64,000 bases of DNA from assembly GCA_963835575.1 (NCBI GenBank), contig CAWIGG010000002.1:192001-256000 (forward strand), written 5' to 3'. The DNA comes from an uncultured Spirochaetota bacterium. Lineage in GTDB: Bacteria; Spirochaetota; Brevinematia; Brevinematales; JAOACQ01. The translations under genes and the position numbers were made by a program. Below, piece by piece: positions 49,561 to 57,431 of this stretch. The notes below the pieces were generated by a model. That model saw nothing but the letters and a program-made list of their open reading frames with translations. It did no database searches and had not been told where the DNA came from. How positions within the stretch are numbered: the first letter of the stretch is position 1; the number at the start of each line of letters is the position of its first letter.

Positions 49561-51351
49561 ATGAGGAAAATCTTAGTAAGGTTTCTGCTTCTTGCTCTAA
49601 CTCTTGCGGCCGCATTGTGTGTTGTGTCATGCGCGTTATCAATCCCGGACGGATCGAATCAGGGTGAAAAATCCCAGCCTTTGGGTTCGGGCTTGAGGGC
49701 CGCTCCGGTAGGCAGCGGCGCGTATCCTTACGGAACTGTTCTCGGGAATGACAATCAAATGCTTGTCAACAGCTACAGCACCTGGAAATCGAAATACGTC
49801 ACTTCTTCCGGGGCGTCGGGTTATCTGAGGGTCCAGCGCCCGGAAAATAACAATGATACTGTTTCGGAGGGCATCGGCTACGGCATGCTTATTGCCGTTT
49901 ATATGAATGACCAGGCGACATTCAACTCTCTGTGGAGCTATGCCCAGAAGTATCTGGACGCCGACGGCCTGATGAACTGGCAGATTGACAGTTCCGGGAA
50001 CGTTATCGGACAGAACGGGGCCACGGACGCCGATGAGGATATGACTCTGGCACTGGTTGCCGCCGATAAATTATGGGGCGGCTATACTTCTCAGGCCACG
50101 GGCATGATCCAGAAAATTTATAATAACGAGGTCGAAAGCGGCACCTACTGCATAAAGCCGGGTGATGTCTGGGGCGGATCGGCATGTATGAACCCATCGT
50201 ATTTTGCCACAGCGGAATACCGGGTTTTCGCACAGTATTCCGGCAATACAGGCTGGACTTCCGCGGCATCGGAATGCTATACGGTTTTAAACGCTAATAA
50301 AAACGCCACTACCGGTCTGGTGATGGACTGGTGCCAGGCTAACGGTACCCCTTCTTCCCAGCAGCCCGGTGGAACCAATTATCTCTATGATGCTTGCCGC
50401 GTTCCGATGAGAATATCTCTGGATTATCTGTGGTTCGGGACTTCAAGCGCACAGACTTTCCTGAATACAATGATCGGCTGGTTTGCCAATATCGGCGCAG
50501 CAAATATTAAGTCCAGTTATACTGTAACCGGGACCCCGCTTGTGACTTACCAGGATTGCGCCTTTTTAGGGCCCATCGCTGCCGGTTCATGCTCGGCATC
50601 AGTCAGTTCAACTTTCAGGTCTGATATTTTTACCGATTTGACCAACAGGGGCGTTAATAACAATTACTATAATGATTCTCTGGCAATGATCTGCATGCTG
50701 ATCACAACCGGACACTTCCCGAATCCTCTAACTTTGAGCGGGAACTCTTCATCTTCCGCAGCTGCCAGTTCGAGCCGTTCCAGCGCCGCCTCTTCAGCAG
50801 CTGTGAGCTCCAGTGCAAGCGTAGCTTCTTCTGCCGCTGTGAGTTCGAGCCGGTCGAGCGTCGCTTCTTCAGTTGCCGTCAGTTCGAGCCGGTCGAGCGC
50901 TGCATCCTCAGCGGCAGTAAGCTCTAGCAGATCGAGCGCTGCGTCTTCTGTGGCTGTGAGTTCGAGCCGGGCCGCATCAAGTGCAGCTTCCAGCGCCGCA
51001 GTGTCCAGTGCGGCTTCAAGTACAGCCGGCGGATATGCTGTGAATTATACAGTCAATAATGATTGGGGCGCAGGCGCTACATGCACGGTAACCATAAAGA
51101 ACAATAGCGCCGCGGCTGTAAACGGATGGACCTTAGTATGGACTTACACGGGTAATCAGACTCTCACACAGATATGGAACGCTGCATATACTGCAAGCGG
51201 AGAGACCATTACCGTCACAAACGCAAGCTTTAACAATGTTATCAGTGCTAACGGCGGGACTCAGAGCTTCGGCTTCAATTTGAGCTATAGCGGATCCAAT
51301 GCCAAACCAACGGCGTTTACGCTGAACGGGACGGCATGTACAACGTACTAA
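49561..51351 (+). CDS. Lipoprotein GH8 endoglucanase-CBM2
   Basis: DTVSEGIGYGM, ATDADED, NPSYF, YDACRVP and YYNDSL are GH8 motifs; lipobox CVVSC. Confidence 0.92.
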   Translation: MRKILVRFLLLALTLAAALCVVSCALSIPDGSNQGEKSQPLGSGLRAAPVGSGAYPYGTVLGNDNQMLVNSYSTWKSKYVTSSGASGYLRVQRPENNNDTVSEGIGYGMLIAVYMNDQATFNSLWSYAQKYLDADGLMNWQIDSSGNVIGQNGATDADEDMTLALVAADKLWGGYTSQATGMIQKIYNNEVESGTYCIKPGDVWGGSACMNPSYFATAEYRVFAQYSGNTGWTSAASECYTVLNANKNATTGLVMDWCQANGTPSSQQPGGTNYLYDACRVPMRISLDYLWFGTSSAQTFLNTMIGWFANIGAANIKSSYTVTGTPLVTYQDCAFLGPIAAGSCSASVSSTFRSDIFTDLTNRGVNNNYYNDSLAMICMLITTGHFPNPLTLSGNSSSSAAASSSRSSAASSAAVSSSASVASSAAVSSSRSSVASSVAVSSSRSSAASSAAVSSSRSSAASSVAVSSSRAASSAASSAAVSSAASSTAGGYAVNYTVNNDWGAGATCTVTIKNNSAAAVNGWTLVWTYTGNQTLTQIWNAAYTASGETITVTNASFNNVISANGGTQSFGFNLSYSGSNAKPTAFTLNGTACTTY

Positions 51352-51360
51352 AATAAAAAA

Positions 51361-51427
51361 GCGGGCGTCCCTCACCAGTTTGTCAAGCTCCACCTGAGAA
51401 ACAAACAAACTGGTGAGGGACGCCCGC
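51361..51427. terminator. 23-bp-stem inverted repeat between convergent genes (likely bidirectional terminator built on a repeat element)
   Basis: GCGGGCGTCCCTCACCAGTTTGT-N21-ACAAACTGGTGAGGGACGCCCGC, preceded by an A run. Confidence 0.75.
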
Positions 51428-51450
51428 TATTACTACTTTATTATCTTATT

Positions 51451-51975
51451 TCAATTGTCTCTATGGTCTCTTTTTTTATCTTCCCTGCCGGGCTTCTCTT
51501 TAGCGTTTTTTCCTCTTTGACTATTATCATTCCCTTTCTTTGGTTCTTCATTTTTCCAGCCGCGTTTGTCCCAGTATTTATTCTTATGCCATTCCTTCCA
51601 GTGGGCCTTTGTGTCATTCCATTTTACTTTTACCGCATCATTCCGTGAATCTCTCCACCTGGGAGGCATATGCGTGATTGCGTAGGGAACACGCCGGTTA
51701 TCAACAACAACCCAGTTCCCGGAATAATTATCCGATCTGTACCAGCCCCCCTGCAATGGCCTCCACCAGAAGCCTTCATAAAAGAAAATGTCGTTGTTAT
51801 CGGAAGATGTGTAGTAGATATAGGTGCCCGGTATAACAATCAGATCTGGATTGGAACCTAAAACGATATTGGCCACAGTTTTGTGAACGATAAGTGATGC
51901 AGTGGCAGCAGGCGCCTGTGAGAAAAGCGCCGCAATAAACAAAAAGATCAGAATGAAAAAGGTTCTTTTCAACAT
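51451..51975 (-). CDS. Hypothetical exported protein (Trp/Tyr-rich core, basic tail)
   Basis: Signal-peptide-like N-terminus; AGGAG RBS on the minus strand; DIFFYEGFWWRP..GWYRS..W core. Confidence 0.72.
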   Translation of the reverse strand: MLKRTFFILIFLFIAALFSQAPAATASLIVHKTVANIVLGSNPDLIVIPGTYIYYTSSDNNDIFFYEGFWWRPLQGGWYRSDNYSGNWVVVDNRRVPYAITHMPPRWRDSRNDAVKVKWNDTKAHWKEWHKNKYWDKRGWKNEEPKKGNDNSQRGKNAKEKPGREDKKRDHRDN

Positions 51976-52090
51976 ACTGTACTCCTTTTTTAAAATTTGT
52001 TTATACGATTAAATAATATAACCCAAAAAGTCTTAAGAATCAAGGATTAATCCGATTAAAAAAACAGCAGCGGGATCAAAATGGGAAGGA

Positions 52091-53869
52091 TCAGAAAGGC
52101 CATTCTGGGAGCCATTTCAGTAATTGAACATAGTCTCTGCCGGCCGGCATTCCGGAAATGACCGGATAAAAGATGATAAAAAGGGCCGCCGCGGCCGCCA
52201 GCCAGCCGTAAATCAAAAACCGGGTCCATGTTTTCTTTTCCGTAATATGACGCATTATATAAACGGCGCAGAGGACCATAAAAGGAACGGCCGCGTAGAA
52301 ATGATAAATCCAGGTCAGTCTCTGCACAAGAATCCACGGGAGATACTGGGCAAAAAAGCCCGTCAGGATGAAGAAAGCCTTTTTGTCCCTTGTTTTAATA
52401 CCGGCGATAAGGCATGCTATGACAGCCAGAATGCCCGGCCACCAGACCGCTGGATTTCCCATGGCGGCTATGGTGGAGACGGTGACGGCCGGAAAATATT
52501 CATGGCCGCTGTAGTACCAGACGGGTTTCAGCATCAGCGGCCATGTCCACCATTTTGAAGCGTAGGGATGTGTTGCATTGAGGCTGGTATGATAGCGGAG
52601 CATGTTCAGCTGGTTGCCCAGGATCTGGTCCAATCCCGGGCCGCGCGCGAAAGGCGTGGGCAGGTAGGAAAGAACATATACTGACGCGGGAATGACGATG
52701 AATGACAGCGCGGCAATCCCGGCCAGCTTGAGGATTTGCCCGGGATAGCGCCTGACGGAAGCCTTGAGCGTTTCCGCATCTCCGTCCGGAATATTTTTCC
52801 CCGCATTGATTTTCCGGGCCGCGCAGGAACGGTATTCCTGAAAACTCCTGAAGACGGCCGCAAAGAAAATAACGGCAAGTCCCGCGCCGGCGTAAAAAGA
52901 AATCCACTTGACCGATATGCCGAGTCCGAAAAAAAGTCCGCTGAGGAGGAGCGGACAGGCCGCTTTTTTAAGGCCGTTTTTAAAAAGGTCCCCGCTGTAA
53001 AAACAGTACATGAAATAATACATCAGAATGATAAAAAAGACGGCAAATGTGTCGACAGTCCCTATCCGGGATTCTGTAAAATGGAGAAAATCGGCCGCGA
53101 ACAGTATCAGCGCGAAAAACGCGTATTTCCGGCTGTTGAATAATCCGCGGGCGAGCAAGTAAAGAATGATGAGCATGCCGATCCCGAAGAGGGCGCCCAT
53201 CACGCGCCAGCCGAAGGGGCCCATGCCGGAAAGAAATATTCCGCCTGCGATGATCAGTTTGCCGAGGGGCGGATGCGTCCACTCAAAAGGCTCCATTCCA
53301 TGAAGATATTCGTACGCCGTCCGGGCCGTGTAAATTTCGTCAAAATACATACTATTATAGAAGGAAGGAGTAAAAGGAACGGCCGCCTGTTCGTCAAAAA
53401 GGTTGGCCGGAGAACCTTCGCTTAACGGGCTGATTTTTACCGGGATGATATTTTTTACTCTTAAAAGGCGGTACATATTATTTTCTTCTCCCCAGATGCC
53501 GGCCTCGTAAAGAGTGGAACCGGGAATTTCCACTGTCAGCCGGATAAAAGCGGCGCTGAAATCATATTCCGTCCTTTTCCAGGCAAAAAGAGAGGGGATG
53601 AGGGCCCGGTCTTTCATCCAGTTTGTGCCGTCCTGTGAATATTCCAGATCGTATCGCCCTTCGCCGCTTATACCGCCGAAACAGGAAATATATTTTACGT
53701 CTTGTTTTCCGCCCAGGTCAATAATAAAGCTTTCACTTTGTGCGGCCGGCTTCCAGCCGGTGCGGGGGCTTTTCGGGCTTCCGAGATTAAGGAAGGCGAT
53801 AAAGCTGTACACGCATAATAACAGGCAGAGGAATATCAGCTCCTTGTTTGTAAAGGGAAGTCTGGTCAT
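52091..53869 (-). CDS. Polyprenyl-phosphate-mannose:protein O-mannosyltransferase-like (PMT/GT39, GT-C fold) with N-terminal soluble domain
   Basis: MYFDEIY, EWTHPPLGKLI, FGWR, SRIG, VKW, HPYASKWWTWP, GNPAVWW and YLPW..R..YHF motifs; many TM segments. Confidence 0.87.
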   Translation of the reverse strand: MTRLPFTNKELIFLCLLLCVYSFIAFLNLGSPKSPRTGWKPAAQSESFIIDLGGKQDVKYISCFGGISGEGRYDLEYSQDGTNWMKDRALIPSLFAWKRTEYDFSAAFIRLTVEIPGSTLYEAGIWGEENNMYRLLRVKNIIPVKISPLSEGSPANLFDEQAAVPFTPSFYNSMYFDEIYTARTAYEYLHGMEPFEWTHPPLGKLIIAGGIFLSGMGPFGWRVMGALFGIGMLIILYLLARGLFNSRKYAFFALILFAADFLHFTESRIGTVDTFAVFFIILMYYFMYCFYSGDLFKNGLKKAACPLLLSGLFFGLGISVKWISFYAGAGLAVIFFAAVFRSFQEYRSCAARKINAGKNIPDGDAETLKASVRRYPGQILKLAGIAALSFIVIPASVYVLSYLPTPFARGPGLDQILGNQLNMLRYHTSLNATHPYASKWWTWPLMLKPVWYYSGHEYFPAVTVSTIAAMGNPAVWWPGILAVIACLIAGIKTRDKKAFFILTGFFAQYLPWILVQRLTWIYHFYAAVPFMVLCAVYIMRHITEKKTWTRFLIYGWLAAAAALFIIFYPVISGMPAGRDYVQLLKWLPEWPF

Positions 53870-55443
53870 TGTTTCATCCTTATCTCATTATTCTCTGGAA
53901 TTCCCGCTTCCGATGAAATAAACAGGAGAGGGTTTCTGTTTTTAATAAACAGGTCATAGCCGGTTTTTACAAGCCATGCAAGGGCCGTCAGATGGAGAAA
54001 TGAAATGATAAAAAAGAACTGGTCGAACCGGGGAACATAGAATGAGTTCATCAGGCTGAACTGAAAGACATACCCTGTATTGAGAAAATGCAGCAGGCTT
54101 AAGAACCCGGTGATCAGAAAAATCCTTTTGTCTTTTGTGAAAATGAAAGCAATCAATCCCAGGGCGATGGCCGGGTAGAGGTACCGTTCATGCATCCTGG
54201 AACTTAAAATAAAAACCGCCGTGATAATAAATAAAGCCGTATAAGAATAAAATTCCCGTCCTTTATTTTTCAGGAAGACAAACACGGCCCATCCCAGTAC
54301 GGCAAATATAAATACAAATCCCCAGATGGAATAGGGCAGGAAAAGAAATGTTTCCGAATCAGGCATCCCGTTGCCTCCGGAAAGGGAGAATAAATTGGCA
54401 GCGTTCAGGCTCGCGTAGGGATAGAGGGCAAGGGAGTCCGTGTATTTTTTGAAAATCCAGAACGGACCCTGTATGACGGAAAAGGGAATGATGCCGAGGA
54501 TGAAAACGAGAATGCCGGCCCCCGCGCCGGCCAGGAACGTCCGCAAGCCTCCTTTTCTAATGAAGGCAAAAATAAGGAGCGGGGCGAAGATCAGCGCCTG
54601 CGGTTTGATAAGAAGGGCGGCGGCGAAAAAGCAGCACGCTTGAACGGCCTTTTTTTCAATCAGAAGTATCAGCGTCAGCAGGATGAAGAGGGTGAATACG
54701 GAATCGATCTGGCCCCAGACCGCGGAATTCAGGATAATAGCGGGATTAAAAAGAAAGAGAGCGCTCAGAACAAAAGCCTGCCGGCCGCCTCCGTTTTTTT
54801 CCGCATGGCGGAAGATGAAAAAAGCGGTCAGGAGGTCGGCTATGATTGCCGGCAGTTTAAGAATAATAATATAAAGCCGGGAATCCTGAGGAAGCATAAA
54901 GATTTTTCTGATGGCGCCTATGATGTATAAAAAATAGATATATCCGGGGGGATAGTCCGCGAAAATTCCTATATAGAAGCCCGGTAGTCCCCTGTCGGCG
55001 GCCTGGATCGCCCATGCGGAGAAATTATGTATGTCGACGGGATGCCCTTTAAAGGAAACGGCGAGGATGACGCGGAGGATGAGGCCGGCGGCGAAAAGGA
55101 TGGAAAGGCCCCGGAAATTTATTTCTTTATTCGCAGTGCCGTCAAAAGATTTTTTCTGTAATAAAAAATAGCCTGCCGCCAGAAGCGCGGCGTAGGCAAG
55201 GGTAATAATCAGGAGGACCGGGATCGAGACGGGGTTTCCAGGTTGGGTGTCAGTCACCATCGGGGCCGCCATGTTTGCCAGCTTCATAAAGAAAGGCTGA
55301 ACAGGTGTGAATTTTAGGACAGCCTGTCCATCTTCGACCCGGATGCCGGGTAAATGGGAAATTGTGTTTTCCACCGGGAAAAGACGGCCGCAAAAAGAGA
55401 GCGCAATAATAATGAATAAGAGTTTAACGAGCCTTTTATTCAT
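53866..55443 (-). CDS. GT-C-fold integral membrane glycosyltransferase (putative mannosyltransferase)
   Basis: DYPPGY, KLPAIIAD, FNPA..NSAVWGQIDS, IKPQA and MHERYLYP motifs; 4-bp overlap with the PMT gene. Confidence 0.8.
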   Translation of the reverse strand: MNKRLVKLLFIIIALSFCGRLFPVENTISHLPGIRVEDGQAVLKFTPVQPFFMKLANMAAPMVTDTQPGNPVSIPVLLIITLAYAALLAAGYFLLQKKSFDGTANKEINFRGLSILFAAGLILRVILAVSFKGHPVDIHNFSAWAIQAADRGLPGFYIGIFADYPPGYIYFLYIIGAIRKIFMLPQDSRLYIIILKLPAIIADLLTAFFIFRHAEKNGGGRQAFVLSALFLFNPAIILNSAVWGQIDSVFTLFILLTLILLIEKKAVQACCFFAAALLIKPQALIFAPLLIFAFIRKGGLRTFLAGAGAGILVFILGIIPFSVIQGPFWIFKKYTDSLALYPYASLNAANLFSLSGGNGMPDSETFLFLPYSIWGFVFIFAVLGWAVFVFLKNKGREFYSYTALFIITAVFILSSRMHERYLYPAIALGLIAFIFTKDKRIFLITGFLSLLHFLNTGYVFQFSLMNSFYVPRFDQFFFIISFLHLTALAWLVKTGYDLFIKNRNPLLFISSEAGIPENNEIRMKQ

Positions 55444-55794
55444 AATAGTACCTACAGCTCAAATAAGATTTTCCCCGACCTTTATAGCAGGATATAACTA
55501 TAGGCCAAATAAAGAGGTCTGTCAAGAAAGTGTGGAGGGCAGGCGCGGCCTCCGATTTAATCGGGGAGATTGTTCACTTTCTTTTGTCCGGATTGCCTGT
55601 CGGTTATTTCATTTTCGGAGTCAAACCAGCCCCTTACAATAAGCGGGCAAGACAAGCAAAAGAAAGTGAACCGAAAGAAAAATGCCTATTTCGAGGCCAT
55701 TTTCATACGAAGCTATCGGATTGTATGGATGTGTGTTATCCGGCTTTTAATAAACAGTTCATTGTAATAATAGCCGCCTTAAATCGCTGTCCTT

Positions 55795-55863
55795 GCCCAG
55801 CACCACTTTGAGGACGGGCAATCAAAGTGGTGCTGGGCGTCGGTTTTGACATCCGTGTCAAAA
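55795..55863. repeat. Two adjacent palindromes (17-bp stem plus REP-like TTTTGACATCCGTGTCAAAA)
   Basis: GCCCAGCACCACTTTGA-N10-TCAAAGTGGTGCTGGGC followed by a CATCC-centred hairpin. Confidence 0.6.
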
Positions 55864-56028
55864 GCATGCGCCTCTCTTCTATTATAATATAAACGGATAG
55901 CACGACTTTATATTGAGATATTTAATGCGCAGATTATGGCTAATGGAAAATGGCCTCTGGAACGGGGGGATGAAGAACTGGATGGAGTAAAAAATAAAAA
56001 ACAAACAACGGACTTTAAGCAAAGAAGC

Positions 56029-56085
56029 CGTCATTGCGAACAACACATATTCTCCATTGCCGCTGATTTGAGCGTGAAGCAATCT
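56029..56085. repeat. REP-like element CGTCATTGCGA...GAAGCAATCT
   Basis: Termini match a GTCATTGCGA..GCAATCT palindromic repeat type I recall as widespread; interior degenerate. Confidence 0.45.
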
Positions 56086-56322
56086 GTCTGCATAAAATAG
56101 TGAAGATGATTAAGAAAAAAATTATAGCTGTGCCGCCACTATTGTTACTGGATATCCCCTCCTGCAGACGGTAAGCCCGGCCTTTTTCGTTCCGCATTTG
56201 ACAAACGCCGGGATAATGTGTTAAACTGAATCGATTGGTAGGAATAGATTTGGGGATTAAATTACTATGTTTTGCTGAAAAAGCAAAGCAATTTTAAGCG
56301 TACTTGTTATGTTAACAGCATT

Positions 56323-56350
56323 GGGGCATGCGGAGAGGCATGCCTTTTTT
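56323..56350 (+). terminator. Terminator-like hairpin
   Basis: GGGGCATGC-GGAGAG-GCATGCCTT followed by a T run. Confidence 0.65.
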
Positions 56351-56449
56351 TGTTTGAGAAGGAAGTAAAAAGGATTATTTCAGCTATAATAAGATATACA
56401 AAAGTCCTATAAAAATTATTGTAAATTTTGATAGAATAGGAGGTTGCTT

Positions 56450-57076
56450 ATGAAATCCGGCAGTTATTTCTCATGGTTCCAAGAAAATTGGTATAAAGCC
56501 GGGGTATTGGTCGGAATAATCTTGATTGTTTACCTTTTTGCACTTGTACTTCCAAATAATTTGCTGCTTTTTGTCCTGTTAATGTATACCCCTCTATATT
56601 ATCTTCACGAGACTGAAGAATATATTTTTCCAGCCGGTTTTTACCAGTTTTTTAATAAGAATATATTCAAGACAGATCCGGAAAATGGTCCGCTTGAAAC
56701 AAAATCTATATTTTGGATTAATATGGTTTATGTATGGATTGCCATACCAATTTTCAGCCTACTAGCCATTGTTGATTTGCGATGGGCGGCATGGTTGCCC
56801 TATTTTTTCATATTTCAAGCGTTTAGTCATCTAATTCTGGGAATTGTTGGTAAAAAGCTCCTTAACCCGGGTATGATTTCGTCATGGTTAGTGCATGTAC
56901 CTTGGGGAATCTGGACAATAATTCTCCTGATGAATGCAAAAGTTATATTGAATCCATTCTGGAATTTATACCTGCTGATCGGTTTGCTGCTTAATGGAAC
57001 CCTGCCAATCGTGGGACGTTTTCTTCTGGCGCGATACAACAGTAAGAAAAGTGTGGGCAAATCTCGTGCGTCATAG
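56450..57076 (+). CDS. HXXEE-domain membrane protein
   Basis: LHETEEYIFP motif, NPG motif, multiple TM segments; AGGAGG RBS before ATG 56450. Confidence 0.85.
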   Translation: MKSGSYFSWFQENWYKAGVLVGIILIVYLFALVLPNNLLLFVLLMYTPLYYLHETEEYIFPAGFYQFFNKNIFKTDPENGPLETKSIFWINMVYVWIAIPIFSLLAIVDLRWAAWLPYFFIFQAFSHLILGIVGKKLLNPGMISSWLVHVPWGIWTIILLMNAKVILNPFWNLYLLIGLLLNGTLPIVGRFLLARYNSKKSVGKSRAS

Positions 57077-57160
57077 TTTTGCCTCTGTATTTTAAGATAT
57101 TTTAGAATAAGTATTTGGAATATCATATAAGTTAAATCGTTAATAAATAATTTGTACCGG

Positions 57161-57330
57161 ACTTTTGTATATCAGCGGCTATACGCTCCGCTCCGTCCTC
57201 ACTAGCATTCCGGGCGGTGCTCGGCCTGACGGCAAATTTGGCTTTGTCATCTTTTTTGCGCGTGGGATGCAAAAAAGATGACAACCCTGCGGGACGCCAA
57301 ACTTCTTCTACGCGCACCGTTATACGAAAT
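57161..57330 (+). repeat. attC-like (integron cassette recombination site-like) palindrome, degenerate
   Basis: Left box GTATATC (57167; canonical ends AAC) and right box GTTATAC (57319) enclose an internal palindrome TTTGGC..TTGTCATCTTTTTTGC..GCAAAAAAGATGACAA..GCCAAA; lies downstream of a single gene. Confidence 0.55.
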
Positions 57331-57357
57331 TTGCCGGGCCGAAGCTGGTTGTGTGGT

Positions 57358-57383
57358 GTTTTCAGGCATCCTTGCCTGAAAAC
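57358..57383. repeat. REP-like hairpin
   Basis: GTTTTCAGGCA-TCCT-TGCCTGAAAAC. Confidence 0.55.
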
Positions 57384-57431
57384 AGCGTAAGGTATATAAT
57401 CAATCTTTAAATAAAACAAAGGAATTAAAGA

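Noticed and set aside
1020..51351. Cellulosome (cip-cel-like) cluster
   Set aside because: No duplicated Ca-binding dockerin repeats or cohesin modules are visible in any protein.
52056..55811. Alternative-frame and opposite-strand ORFs over the glycosyltransferase genes
   Set aside because: Shadow ORFs of well-supported membrane protein genes.
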